DNA of 64,000 bases, taken from assembly GCF_009914755.1 (NCBI RefSeq), contig NC_060932.1. One strand, 5' to 3'. The notes beneath the pieces were generated by a model that was not told where the DNA came from, did not search any database, and saw only the letters and a list, made by a program, of their open reading frames with translations. The position numbers and the translations under genes were made by a program. Positions 45,246 through 59,585 of this stretch are shown here, one piece after another (position 1 is the stretch's first letter; each line of letters begins with the position of its first letter). This DNA comes from the human T2T-CHM13v2.0 reference genome, Homo sapiens.

Positions 45246-46316
45246 CTTTATTTTAAAGATACTATGGAATTTGCATTAGCCCACGATAGTGTCTAGTTAA
45301 ATTTAGAGATGAACCATCCGTGACAGGCTCTTAAAGATTTCTAACTTTATAAGGTTGTTAATAAATTCTTTAAGTTTGAGGTTGTTAATAAGGACTACCA
45401 TATTTTCTCACTAATTCTGCCTAGCATTGCTGAACAGTCATATACCAAACGTTCCGGATGTAAGTAAACCATGAACATTTTGAACTTTTGAGAAGCAATG
45501 CAGCCAGATTTGTTAAATCATGAATTTAGGAACATCAGTTTTATTTCTGACTGCATTTTTATTAACACTTCTGTAACTGCTTGAAGCCTTGGTTTTCTCA
45601 TCTGTGAAATGAAAATGATAATATTTCCATGTGATGGTTATGGAAAAAACACCAGTGAGAACACCATAACCCTCTTATAAAAAAGGAGTAAGTGTTTGTT
45701 CCAGTGCTGGGCCTCGAGGAAGTGCTCAGTAAATCCTGCCTCTCCTCCTGTTTTGAAGGGATAATGACACAAATTCAAACCTCTTACCAACATTATAGGG
45801 AAGCTACTCCACACACCACCCACTTTTTTTCTCTTTTCTGTTCTAACTGATTCTTTCTGGTTCTGCTTTATTTTTCATAAGAAAAATCAGCCTGAGTCAC
45901 AAACTATGGCGTTTGTGCCACCAAGTCATAGGTAAGAGGAGCACGGTGATAATGACAGCAGCCCTGTCTCATGTGTTGTGTGCCTGGTCTTTGCTGTAGG
46001 CACTTTCCACAAGTTTTTCTCCTTACAACAGCCCAGTAAGGTGGACATTTTTCTGCTCATTTTGCAAATGAGAAGATTAACAGTAGATATTTGGATAAGG
46101 TTATGTATCTGTTAATTGATGCTATCAGAATTTGATCCAAGATGTCTGAAGATTGTGCTCTTCACCACCAAATAGGGGAAGCATATACCCAGGTTTGCCT
46201 GCAGCAGTCTCTATGTATGACTAGTATCCTGGCATTCCATCTGGTTTACCATTTGTCTTAGATTTTTCATCTTTACAAATGTATTATTATTAATAGTTGC
46301 ATTAAAACATGCCAGG

Positions 46317-46664
46317 TGATACAGTTTGGCTGTGTCCCCACCCAAATCTCATCTTGAATTCCCATGTATTGTGGGAGGGACCCAATGGGAGGTAATTGAA
46401 TCACAGGGACAGGTCTTTCCCATGCTGTTCTCGTGATAATGAGTAAGTCTCATGAGATCTGATGGTTCTATCGGTGGGAGTTTCCCTGCACAAGCTCTCT
46501 TTCTTTGCCTGCTGCCATCCATGTAAAACATGACTTTTGCCTTCTGCCATGATTATGAGGTTTCCCCAGCCACGTGGAACTGTAAGTCCATTAAACCTCT
46601 TTCTTTCGTAAATTGCCCAGTCTCTGGTATGTCTTTATCAGCAGCGTGAAAACAGACTAATACA
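46317..46664 (+). mobile_element. THE1B MaLR solo LTR
   Basis: tgatacagtttggctgtgtcccca...gactaataca; TSD ccagg/ccaga. Confidence 0.93.
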
Positions 46665-47039
46665 CCAGATTTCTAGGCTTCCACTTCACTGCCAGCCTCT
46701 GCCATGGTTTCACCTAGTCTCAGTGCAAAATGCACAGGCCATAAACAGAGTTCTTAATTTAACATGTGGTCATATTTGAAAAACAACCAAAGATCACCTT
46801 TCTTTCTTCTCCTGACCCTTTCTGGAGGCAATGTAACTAGTACCTTTTTAAAGGAAATGAAGAGACTTTGTACCCTAGGGTCTGGGAAGAAGCTACATCC
46901 TTCTAGTCTGTGGTGGTAATGGTGGCAGAAGTGTCCAACAGGCCTACCCCTATCAATCAAATGGAGCTGGCATGCAGGTGGTAGCATGGCCTGTGCTACA
47001 GCCTACAAGATGCATGAAACATCAAACCAGGCTGCAAAG

Positions 47040-48200
47040 TCAGGAAAGCTTGGAAATGGTAGATTCGGTATATATAAAACATGTGGGAATAAAAACTGAG
47101 AGTTCTTTCACAGAGCATATAGAGAATACTTCCTAGTACAGTGGTTTTTGTCATTTATTATATACTATAAATCAATAACTTTTTATTTATGTTATTATTT
47201 GGTAGCTTTTTAAAAACTTTATAACTCTTTTCAGGAGCAATAAATTCTAAGGGGAGGGGAAGCACATGTTTAATAAAATTTTAAGTACAGAATTTCTATT
47301 TTGTAAGAAAATTGACAAATATGTAACTTACACAAAATGTTTGCTGGCATTTGACATCTAACTTGGGGACTGTAATGATATTAATTATCATTTGAAAAGG
47401 CACAAGTCTACTAAAGAAACATCAGCATCCATTTCAAAAGCTAGTAGTTACTTTGTGCAGGTTTTCTTGAAAGTAATGATTTACTGAAACTTATCACTAA
47501 ACATATTAAAACACCAAAAGAGGAAAGAACAAATAAAAGGTTGAACCCTCAAGGGAGTGCTGTGTTTAATATTTAAATTTAGAATACTATAAATGCACTT
47601 TAGAGTATCTCAACTTGTGGTGTAATTTTTTTTGATGGAACTGCTATTTTTAATCAGGTGAACTTATATTCTGACTAGAAAGGAGTGAAAATAAGAATGC
47701 TTATGATTTTCCAGCATCTGAATTTAGAGAAACAGTCAAAGGAATCATAGATACAACTTAGTTGAAAAACTTTGATTAAAATATTTTTCAAAGAAAGATA
47801 TGGAGGTAAAAAGAGAGTATGTGTGAAAAATATTTGAGCTACGTACACATTTTTATTTTTAAAATGGAATTAAATTTGAAACGATCAGCATATTTAATTT
47901 ACTCATCCATGTACTATAATATTTTTAGTTAAGTAAGTATGCTCTTTTCAGATACTAAAGTACCTGGAAAACTAAAAAAAAAAAAAAATGCTACTACATG
48001 GTGGATATTTTCATTAGCCGTAAACTACTTAGAGTAAGACTGCAGGCAATTTTATGAAAAAAAATTTTAATGACACTATGTTGAAAAAAATATCAGACAA
48101 ATGGCATTAGAAACAAATATAGCAAAGAAATTGATTAACGTATGTGAAGTGTATCAAGACTATTATTGTTTATGTTATTTTTAATGTTTCAGATAATTGA
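47040..48200 (+). mobile_element. Probable hAT-Blackjack transposase relic
   Basis: Short peptides CTLEYLNLW (47594-47620), FDGTAIFNQVNLYSD (from 47631) and DCRQFYEK (48038-48061) resemble a Blackjack-type transposase C-terminus (from memory). Confidence 0.45.
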
Positions 48201-49379
48201 TGTAATAATCAAAGTGAAGATTTTTATTTTGCTTAAATGTAAATGCATATGCGTTATTTTCATTTTTAGGAAAAAATTATTTTTGAAAATGGTTTTTAAC
48301 AGAACTAGTTTATAAATACAAATGTATTTTATAAAAACAATTGTATTCATTAACAAATGAATATTCCAAAAAGCATAATTTTAATTTTCAAGTGTGGCCT
48401 TGCAGTCTAACAATTATTTAGCTACTTGTCCCAAACGGGGAGTCTGTATGCACAGCCTGCAGGGTATGGTAAGTGACACTCTTTGTTTTCATCTCAGTTC
48501 CCTGGATATGGAAGGCCAGCTTCATCCAAGGCACCATGGTGAATTCTTTGGACAGTTGTTTTAAGTAAAAAATTGAACATAATTATTCTGCTGCCCCTCC
48601 TAATTTTAAAGGGAAGTGTCTTTCTTTTGGGTTCTTTTTGATTCACCAGCATCAAGGATTCCAGGACACAGCAGTCACCTGAGAGCTATGGCTGATAAAT
48701 GTCTTCATTGCCTCAGAGAATTGTTCCGGGGCCGTGACGCTCTCCAGCATTGCCTGAATTCCAAACGGAACTACATGCCTTTGTGACTTTGAAGATTAAT
48801 CTCTGTCACTCACAGCTCGTTGGCTTCCCTTGCTCATTTCTGCAATGTCTGCAGATGGTGTGGTGCTCTGTGCCAGAGTTATTTACCCACAAGTTCCTTC
48901 ACACATAGCTCCCTCTTTGAGCCATTCCAGGGAGAGTTAAATACTGAACAATTACGCAACTCTTTTGTCAACCCGTGGGTCTTTCCAGCTCTGGTCCAAA
49001 AGAAAGTCTCTGCAGCAATACCTGCTATTCCTGGAGGCTGCTGCTGTCTCTCAACTGAATGCAGCAGAGACATTGCCTTCAAGAACCCTCTCACCACAAA
49101 AATAAACATTTTCAAAATATACACAAACAACACATTTTTCATTGGTAAACATTCCTTAACACACTTCCCAGAGTGCCTGCTGCTTCACTGCATTTTTCTC
49201 CCAGAACTCAAGTTGCAGAATTCATCATCCTCTAGCTTTTTATTAATTTACAAGTCAGCAAATATTTTGGCACTGAGTACCAAACCTTTGTCAGAAAGAT
49301 GTAAGGTGGAAGGGAAAGATGGAAAAAGGAACAGGGAAAAATAGTAACTGTGGAGGTAAGTTCTTTATATTCGTTTTTT

Positions 49380-49545
49380 AATTTTTCCATAACCACTATG
49401 AGTAAGTATTTTTATTATCCTATTTTACATATGTAGGAGACTGAGACTCAAAGAGATTAAATAATTTACACAAAGTCACATCCCCAGTAATGACGGAACA
49501 GAGACTTGAATCCAGGCAGTTTACATTTAAAGCCTGCAATTATAA
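49380..49545 (-). mobile_element. MIR SINE
   Basis: attatcctattttacatatgtaggagactgagactcaaagagattaaataattt. Confidence 0.7.
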
Positions 49546-49571
49546 CCCCTAAACTATATCTCTTCACACTG

Positions 49572-49852
49572 TAGAGAAAGTAGAAGCAGAAGAAAGAGGA
49601 GAAAAAAGAAAATATGGGGAAAGGGATGGGAAAGAGGTGAAGGCAAGTGGAAAGAAGAAAAGTGAAAGGTGGTGATCAGAGGAGTGAGGAGGAATAAAGA
49701 AGAAAACACTGGTGAGAGGGAGGAAAAGAGAGCTGAGAGAGAGAGAGAAGATGGGAACAAGGAGAGGAAGAGGCAAAGGGGGAGAGAGAGGGGACAGAGG
49801 GAGAGACAGAGAGGAGAGAGAGAGAAAAAAAGAGAGAAGGGGCCGGGAGAGG
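49572..49852. repeat. GA-rich low-complexity tract
   Basis: Direct reading. Confidence 0.9.
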
Positions 49853-52709
49853 AGCATATGCAGTGAGTAATAATCCCAAGACTTTCTATGGTTCATATCT
49901 TGGGTAATCTGTGCCTTGATAAATCTGAAATAAGTATAACAATTTTTTAAAAGCCATCATCTTTTTATCGACTTTATTTATTTATTTATTTATTTTTGTA
50001 CTTTAAGAGTCATTACCATTGATTCACTAGAGGAAACTTCAAGTATTAGAAGGACACTGGCTTTCAAATCAGTAAGGTTCAATTTCCTCTTCTGGAAATT
50101 AGAAATAAATACTCACTGACCTCATATATCATTATAAATAAGTTCTGTCAGTAAAGCATTGGAAATTGCATATCAACTTCCTTTGCACTGAGTACCATCA
50201 CTTTGGTCATGGACCTAAGGCACAGAAAGGGAGAATTGGGAAAAAGAATAAGAAGAAATGGTAATAACAAATAGCTGGCATTGAGCACTTGTTATGTGTC
50301 AAGGACTGTGTGTACTACCACTGTGCACTCGGGAAGTTTAAGTTCTCTTGCTCTCTCCTCTCAAATAAAAGCAAGCGCTGGCTAGTACTTCTAGACCTAG
50401 ACTTCCTAAACCCCAGCCAAGAGGTAGAATATAAAGTAGCGGTTATGAGAATAGGCCCAGAGCATTACTGTGTTTAATTGCCGTTCCTCCATTGAGCTCA
50501 TTATTCTCATGACCCCCTAGATGCATTCTCTGCTTTGTGCTGAACTCTATGAACTGCACCCCTTGGCTGCTTCCTCTTCCTAGATCGCTGTGAGACACAA
50601 GCTCTCCTCTCTCCTCACTTCCTCACAACTACCCAAGACAAGGTTGATTTGGGCAGGAAAGGACTTCCTTTCCTTAAAGCTATAGCTCCCATCGAGGGAT
50701 TTCTCTCACACAGTTAGTTGTTGCTGTTTCAGTAACACTGTTTCTAGGGATGCTAAAGGATTCTAATTGTTGCTCATCTTTGGAGACTTTGGAACTATGT
50801 CTTGTTGGTTCCCTTAATCCTACCCTTGTCTCCATAAATAATCCTATCATTAAACTGTTTCAATTATCTTTTAAGAATTTGCCATCTGTTTCTATCACCA
50901 CTCCTTCCGACACAGATGTGAACTGTCTGTGGGATCTTAGATAAGTTCCCTAGCATCGCCAGCCTCAGTTTCATCATCTATATACTGGGGGTGTTGTACT
51001 TCATGGGGAAGATCTGAAGAGTGAATAAAAGTGCCTGTGCTTTGTTGCTTAACTTCTTGCCAGGCACATACACAGTAGTAGTATTTACAACCTACTTAGA
51101 AAATATGAATGCATATAAGGTCAGACTTAAACGTGAATTACCCCCCATCCCCCACCACTACACACACAGATCTTTACCCCAGGAAGTTCTCCGTAGTATC
51201 CAAAATGCAAGTGATTATCTTCATATCATGGTCTCTGGTAGTTCCTGCCTTATTCTATTTCTAGTGGTTCTAGGATTTTCAGCATTTTCATGGAGCTTGT
51301 GAAACTCAGAAGATAAAACAGAAAGCCATGTAAGTATATGTGGGATCAGTCTACCTTCCTGGAAGACAGAAGACTGGCCCTTTATACAACTAGACAGAAG
51401 CTAATCTAAATCCTAGTGGGTTCTGCCAGAACCCAAGGATCCCCAAAACCATCCTTTTAATTCAAGGAATAAATCCCAACAGTATCCAATGGTCTGGTCC
51501 TCATAATTATCACATTTCTTAGACATATCAGATATAGGAACACCCCACTGCTCTACCATTGCTCTGTGTCTGGGGATTGCAAATAGGTTTCTTTTTAAGT
51601 GCCAACTTGGATCAATTGGCAGTGTTGCCTGAAGTGCTGGGTGGAGAAAAATTCTCAGGCCAAGTGCAGGCTCAGCAGTAAAAATAAGCATTGTGATTGA
51701 TTAACAATGTCTGCTATGGACGCGGGGTGAGGGGGAGAACTCCCACACTTGCTGCATGTTTGCTGACCATGCATTATAATGTGAAGGGATTTTCTGGAAG
51801 AAAGTAGAATGGGGTGGTGGCATCCCAGTGACTTTCAGGCATCAGGCCTGAAAATATTCTCTTTGCACCCTTCTCTTGTAGAATCTATTTCAAATAAAAG
51901 GTAATGACTGAGATTACAGATACATTTTCTCATTTAGACCTTTCATTTTTATGCGCATTTGCATTCAGCAGTAAAATTATAACACATATTTGGTATCTGT
52001 TGTAAGCATCTGGGGATGGTTTATATTATAGAGATTCAAGAAGTAGAGCTCTCTACTGGACAGTGATTCAGTCAGATATGTTCAACATAGCTCACTGAGC
52101 TCATCTCATCAATGATATGTTCACGCAGCTAAAGGCAAATGTTTAAACATTTAGTTAATGCACCATATGTCTTAAATGTTTTAGTTCCATCTGACATTTT
52201 AAAAAATCCATTTTAGTGGAAACCCGCCAAGTAAATTTACTTCTCTGGAAGATGATTATTCCATTCATCTTAAATCCAATTCTCCTGGACCTCTCAAACA
52301 CAATGAACTCTTAATTTGTAGGCTTCTAATCCAAAGACAGGACTGTCTTCATGTTCTGCCTCCTGAAGTGTGGGGAAATGCCTGATCAGGTGGTTCCATG
52401 TAATATAGTTTATGTCCTGAGGGCCACACAGCTAGGTGTAGGCAAAGGTGGCTCCAGAAAACTAATTATCAACTCTGGGGGCTCAGCAGGGTGGTAAGTG
52501 AAAGGCAAAATGGAGGACTATGAAAATAAAAGGAACAAAGTCAGAGAAACATGAGAATCAGAGTAGGAAAAACAAGAACAAAAGACAAAGGCAAATAATG
52601 AACATTTACAACAGGATGTGGTTATAACTCTTATGTTTCAAGTCACACACTCCTAGCAATTAAAAACAATACAGAGGGTAAAAATAATAACCATAGAACT
52701 GTGAGGCTT

Positions 52710-52850
52710 AGGCATAGTGGTTAGAAACACAAACCTTGATATCAAATAAATTAAAGTCTCAAATCTTGGCTCTACCAATTACTAGCTGTGACCTTAGGCA
52801 AATTATTTCATCTCTCTGAGCCTACTTTCCTCACAGGGTTGATTAAAATA
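52710..52850 (+). mobile_element. MIR SINE
   Basis: ggctctaccaattactagctgtgaccttaggcaaatta...tctctgagcct. Confidence 0.75.
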
Positions 52851-54431
52851 TTAAACTTGTATAGTGGGTGAGTATAAAACTCAGATTTGCAAAAAAAGGT
52901 AACTTAATTTTTAATAAGTAAATTCAATTTCATGTGTAAACTCCTAGTCTGCCCATAGCTTAAAATATATTTTATCACATTGCAGTATACTCAATTTGTA
53001 TTCAGTGATTTTTATAAAGCCACTTAAAGTATCATTCTATCAGTCTTTATCCCGTTCCAATCTTAGACATTTTTGGGTAAGAATTAATCATTTCTAAGGC
53101 TTCCCCTACTGCCCCTCACCATCTACCTGATGGTAAGTCGGTAGAGAGGAGAGGAATGTCATATAATGTCCTAGCCTCTAACCCTTGCTGGTCTTCAGTT
53201 GAGAGAACTCATTCTGCTTGGCCTTTGGCCACCAGCCTTTGTCCTTTTTCATCTCTTCTGGTGAAGTTACTCTCACCAAGCCCTGGACATCTTGAGTTGG
53301 CATCCATTCAAATCAAGCAGGTCCCACTTGATCTTTGTGATGGTTTGCTGCGACTCCTAGCTAATGCCTCTGGTCTAAAGGTCCTTGCCTTTAGCTTTGT
53401 TGTCCTGATCTCAGACCTCTTGCTGTCCATCAGTCCTCTCTATAATTCTGTGAACTTTGATTTTCAGAATCCAGGATTTTGATGAGGTATATTATTTGAA
53501 CTCGAAAAGCTGAGCTTTACAAATTAAGAGGCAAGGGGTTTTATTTAGCATGAGTCTTGATGTGTGGAAGAGTGAGAATTGGACTGAAGGGCAGTTTTTG
53601 TCCCTAGGGCTAGAATGGAAGATCAGCAGATGGAGCCTAAGATGGGGAGAAGCAAAATTGAGATGCAGAAAAGTGAACTTATTTTCCCATCCCCTTCCAG
53701 TTAATGTTGGGGGTTGGTGGGGGCTGGATCTAGACACTGATAGTTAGGGTCAGGGAATATCAAAACTAGGTGCTTATTCCTTGCCTCCCCAGAGCTCATG
53801 CCTTTCAGAGATGACTTGAATCTCCATGGCAGCAAGGCCAACATGGTGTAGATGCTGGAATAGAAATGAATGAGGAACGTGCCAGATGGAAGGACTTGAG
53901 AGAGCATTCTCCCACCCCCTGCCCTCCACTCAGCCTTTATCCCATTCCCTGTGATCTGTGGGGAATTTGAAGTTTCCAGGAGCCTAGAAATGGAACAGGA
54001 GATACAGCCAGCCCCAAAGAATCAGCAGCTCCAGGGATAGCAAAGGTGAGACTCAAGTCCACCATAGAGAAATCACCAGGCCTTAAATGAGATGTGCAAA
54101 CAAGTGACCCTGCTGTAGACACATTAGCAAGGGCTACAGCATGAGCCCTTTCCGAGGAGAAGGCCAGAGGGACCTCAGGCCCCAACACCTCAAGAAGCAG
54201 ATATTCCTCTGCTCCCAGGGCCTGTCTGGGGAAGAGAGGGGAATTAACAATCCATACAGCCCTCCATTTTAAGCCAGAAAGCTGAGAACACTTTAATTGT
54301 TAAGAACAAATATTTTCCCCATCAGTAGGGTGGGAGAGCACGAGGTAAAGTCAGAGAAAATAATTGACCGACTTACGGAAAATAAAGGAAGACTAGGGGA
54401 GGAGTTAGTTCTTATATTTGTTTTTACTGTG

Positions 54432-54805
54432 TGTACTAGCCTGCTCAGGCTGCCGTAACAGAATACCACAGACTTTTCCAAGGTGGCTTAGAAAACAGAA
54501 TTTTATCTTCTCACAGTTATAGAGGCTCAAAATTCCAGATCAAAATGCTGTCAGGATTGGTTTCTGATGAGGGCTTTCTCCTTGGTTTGGAGATGGCGCC
54601 TTCTGTTTGTGTCCTCATGTGGCTTCTCTCTATGTGCACAGAGAGACAGAGAGAGCTCTGGTGTCCCTTCCTCATCTCATAAGGACACCTGTCCTCTCAG
54701 ATTAGAGCCCTACCCTTATGACCCCACTGAATTCCAAATACAGTCACATGGAGGGTTAGGGCTATAATATATACATTATGGAGGGAAAAATTTCTAGCCA
54801 TAACA
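54432..54805 (-). mobile_element. MLT1B/C-like solo LTR
   Basis: tcaggctgccgtaacagaataccacagac...tctcacagttatagaggct...ccataaca. Confidence 0.8.
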
Positions 54806-56633
54806 GTGTATGAACTTAACTTGAAACAAAAATTTTTTGTCTATATTATGCACGTAAACACCTTAGTCCAGCACTTGGACTTAATAAGTGCTTAACAAGA
54901 GGGAAATGTAACAATAATACTGTTATAATAATAAAATTAGCTAATTTGTAATATGTGCCAGGCATTTTTATGTGCTTTGTGTGTACTACTGCATTGACTC
55001 TAACAACAATTTATAAGAGATATACTATTACTCTCTGCCTTTACTCCTCTCGGTTCTCCTCGAAAAATAATCTCCCACCCCATACCCAAAGCTTGGCCTT
55101 ATAGTTTTGATAATCCAAAACTGTGTGTCTTTCTTGGGACAGTAGCTTAATTGGAAACTATGAGGATTTGGCTTTCTTCCTCTTCATTTCCTCTGGCTTA
55201 GTAAGGTGATACCTTCAGTCACTTCTGACACCAAGAAATGTCAGTCATGCTTCTGGTACTCACTGAAGGCACAATAACAACTGCTTGGACCAATGAAGGC
55301 CTTGCCACTGATTCCACCATCACTGAGGATACAGAGCAACAAGGTCACTGAGACAACCATGTTCCTGTCACCACCAATGTTACTGTAGCTATGCCAATCC
55401 TGCTGCTTGTCCAAGCCATGCCATCCTGTTAGCACCCAAGCCAATGACCCTTCAGATCATACCACTGCTGGGAGTTCATTCATTGTGCTCTGCCCGTAAA
55501 TATCCATCCCTTCTAAACTTCTGCATCTTTCCTACCCTTGGATCTCCCCATCCTCAATGTTTATGCTGATATTTCTGAATCTTATGATGAATATAGCTTG
55601 GGCTCCACATAAAGAAAACAAATGGAGACCCATAAAATACAAGAATAAGAACAACATCCAAAACGGATTAGGCAAGGACTAAGGTTGGAGGTGCAAAGCA
55701 TAAAATAAAAAACAATTTTGGATTAAGGGATATGTTGTAGATGAAATCACCCACCACCGTGAATGTTTTTCTTGAAACTTAATCCCAATGTACATCATCT
55801 CTTTTGTGTTCAGTGGGTAATACCTCTAGAGATTTTTCCTGCCATTCTCACAAAATTTTTCAGGAAAAATATACCTTAAATATTAAGTAAAAGTAATCCT
55901 ATGCACAGATTCCACTACCTTTATTTTTTAGCTTTATTTGATATAAAGCTGCCATTTTTCTCTGAACACACCAAAGCCCTGAGTTTAGGGAGAGAAATAA
56001 ATCTGCAGTTCATCTTCCCGAAATGTTATTTTGGAGCAACTCCATTAGATGCTTCCTAGATAAAGCAATCAACCTGGAGAGGATTGAGGGGCCCATACAC
56101 TAAAAAGTGATATATAATTATTACCATACCTATTAAGTGAATAAACCAGCCAGAGCCCAATTACATCGTTGCAACATACAATGAAATATCTCTTAAACAA
56201 TTCTTCAATGAAGAAATAAACCTGTCACGGAAGAAAAATGTGCTGTACATCAAGGCTATGTATTGAGGAAGTAATGTTGCTGTCAGGGTCGCGCTGGCTG
56301 TAACTCAATGTGCAATTAAAGGAAATTAGAAGCAATCCTCATTACATACATTTTACACTTTGTTTACTGTGCTACAAATTCTGTAGTGGAACCACTGACT
56401 TGTAGCAACAATAGCTCATTTAATGGAAAATGAGAATGTTTAACAAAGGATATTTGATGGCTGAGGAGCAGAATACACCAATTTACATTTCTTGCCATGT
56501 GTCCCTTCTTTAAAACCACATCTTTGGATAGAGCTGGGCATAATGTAGCCACAACCAAAGCCAATATGACATATCTGAAATTCTGCTTGATAAGAGAAAA
56601 AAAAAAAACATTAAACAGGAAAGAAAAGTGTAT

Positions 56634-57000
56634 TGTATTAGTCCATTTTTACACTGCTATAAAGAACTACCTGAGACTGGGTAATTTATAAAGAAAAGAG
56701 GATGAATTGACTTACAGTTCTGCATGGCTGGGGAGGCCTCCAGGGAAACTTATAATCATGGCAGAAGTCAAAGGGAAAGCAAGGCACGTCTTACATGGTA
56801 GCAGGATAGAGAGAGCGAGGAGGGAAGTGCCACACACTTTCAAACAACCAGATTTCCTGAGAACTCACTGACTATCAGCAGAACAGCAAGGGGGAAGTCC
56901 ACCCCCATGATTCAGTCACCTAACACCAGGCCTCTCTCCTGATGTGAGAATTACAATTCGAGATGAGATTTGGGTAGGAACACAGAGCCAAACCATATTA
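56634..57000 (-). mobile_element. MSTA-like MaLR solo LTR
   Basis: tgtattagtcc...ctgctataaagaactacc...aaaccatatta; perfect TSD TGTAT. Confidence 0.9.
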
Positions 57001-59235
57001 TGTATCGATGATTTTTAGCTCAAAGAATACATTTTCAATCAATCATTTTACAAAGAATCGGAAAGAGAGGAGGGAACAAAAGGGTCTGAGACAGCAACCT
57101 TGGGCTGAAACTCATTAAGAAGAAAATGCTGGTCTATAAAGATTACCTTTGAAAGCTCCCCAGTCCCCTCAGAAAATATTTGTTGAAAAATTGCTAAATC
57201 TTAAATTCTGACATATTCAGTCTGAAAACTCCACATTTGCCTGTAACCATTATTTCTACAAACTTCCGTCATTCATTTGCAGGCAATGCTAAAAGGTGGA
57301 ACTTTGAAAGGATGAATTGCAGAGCAACAGCGTGGTAATCAGATGGCCTCCCTGATGGGAACCTTGGCTTGGGGGAAGGAGTGGAAATTGGCCACATAGA
57401 GTCACTAGCTGGTAAGCATTTTAGCCTGGCTCTTGGGTACTGGGTCACTTTGTGGACCTCCAACAGAAAGTGAGTGTTGTATTTTACAAATTAGAAATTA
57501 TTCATGGCTTCTTTTAAACTCATTTTGACTTTGGAGGGGAGTTCAGATGTGTGGCAGTAGCGACAGTATTGGCAGCAGAGAAATGGGACCACATGGGCTT
57601 TGGAGAGCCTCTTACAAGAAGTAAGATCCAGGAATATTGTTGCATGAAGGCTCTGCCTCTGAATCATTTGAGTTCTTTTCCTCCTTGGAGCTTTTATAAT
57701 CCCTGACATCTTGACCACGAACTCTCCCCAAATGAAACAGGCATTTGCATATTTGATGCTAATTATCTATGTAATCAGAGTACAGTTAACATTAGTTTAA
57801 GAAAAATTAAGAATGGCCCAATGACATTGGAACATCTTTTGCTCATTCGCTGTAGAATCTTTCCAAAAAAGGGTGCCTGGAGTCTGAAGTTTGGCAGATG
57901 TTTATTGTTGGGAGGGTCGTCAGGAGGACAGGAAAAGCTGCAGAGAAAGAGTAAAATGCCTAAATCGTTTGCCAGGATGCTTAAGGAGGGCAGGTTCTGC
58001 TTCTGAGCAATTAGAGGCATCCGCTGAAGTCAGAACTCTGGCAAGCTGGAAAGGAGGAGCTATTTAAAATTTTGCTTCTCTTCCACAGGGAGAAAAGAGA
58101 CTGTCGCATCCTTAACCCATCCCAGATGTCACAAAAATATTTATAAAGTAATAATTTTAAAATTGTGTGTTCTCAGACTTCTCTTATGCTCCTTTTCTAA
58201 AAGTGGTTTTGCATTGCTGGAAAACATTTTCTGTTGGTACTTCCATGTCTAATCCTAAATGGGTCTTTGATTCATTGAACACTATAGGGAAAAGTTGGTG
58301 CCTAAGGTTGCTGAAAGGACTAAGTTGATGAAGGTTTCAGGGATTTGGTTTCAAACTTACTTATGCTTTTTGGGGGAAAGGATTTAGTAAACATTGTCTG
58401 CAAATATAATTCTGAAGTTTTTTTCCTGTAGTCCCTCATGGTGGTTGTGGCATAGACCCAAGACCTGTGAGAGGAAAAACTCACTCATTTACCCATTCAA
58501 TGCCATGCATTTGTTCATTTATTCAACAAGTGATTATAAATGATTGGTGAGCATCTACTACGAATGCAGCACAGGCTGTAGTTGGTAGAGAATTGGCCAA
58601 ACCTGTAGAAGGCTTACAGCCTCCTAGCTGGTATTATTACCATATAGTCATATTATATCTATTTTAGGAGGATTGCCTAAAATGAAGTAAAAAATTCTTA
58701 GGTTTACTACCACCTGCATTGTCAAATCAAAACACAAAGATTGCCCAAGCTGATAAAACACATAATCAAAGCTGAGTTTATTGCTTGCCAAGCAAGAGAG
58801 AGCCAATTCACTCAAAAGTCAGTGCAGCCAATTACTCTGAATTAAAACCAGAAGGGCAAGAAAATTGGGTAAAAACGGAGTTTTAGGCAAATAAGGCTGA
58901 ATCCAGAAAGGTATCATTTGCATGGTTAAGGAGAGGGTAGTGAGGTTTCCTTGAGATTGAGCATTCTCTATGTATAAAAGCTCAGGCGTGGTTTGCAGGC
59001 AGATTAGGAATGGGCTCACAGTGCTCTAGTGGGTTCAGGATCACAGAGCAAGCAAATTCATATGTATATTCTCAAAGTTTGGTATAACTTTTCTTTAACA
59101 GGGTCATATTTTTGCCTTAACTGTATCTTACCTTGACCTATCTGAAGTTTCTGGGAAATGTTCCTAGCTCTTGCTGTTAGACACACGCACATGTCCGGGC
59201 AGAGTTGGAGGCCATTTTTCAGAGTCCGTTTTAAT

Positions 59236-59585
59236 TGCTATGGTCTAAATGTTTGTGTCCCCTCAGAGTTTATATGTTGAAATCCTAAACCCCAAGGTGA
59301 TGGCATTAGGAAGTGAGGCCTTTAGGAATCTCCACCACAATGAATGAGTGGGGTTAGTGCCCTTATCAAAGAGACCTCAGAGAACTGGCTAGCATCTTCT
59401 ACCATATGAGGACACAGCTAGAAGGTGCCATCTGTGAACTGGAAAGCTACCCTCACCAAACACCAAATCAGCTAGCACCTTGATCTTGGACTTCCCATCC
59501 TCCAGAACTATGAGAAATAATTTTTTTGTTTATAAAATACCCAGTTTATGGTACTTTGTCATAGCAGGCTGAACATATTAAAACA
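59236..59585 (+). mobile_element. MLT1A-like solo LTR
   Basis: tgctatggtctaaatgtttgtgtcccc...ttgatcttggacttccc...tccagaactatgagaaataa. Confidence 0.85.

Noticed and set aside
48820-49344. 174-aa ORF, the longest non-repeat ORF
   Set aside because: TTG start, no recognisable domain or coding-like composition; consistent with chance.
49554-49896. Cluster of ORFs on both strands
   Set aside because: Artefacts of the GA-rich low-complexity tract.
58720-59230. Possible old ERV LTR on the minus strand (also 50330-50930 and 53480-54420)
   Set aside because: LTR-like composition, but I cannot assign a family or boundaries without a Dfam search.
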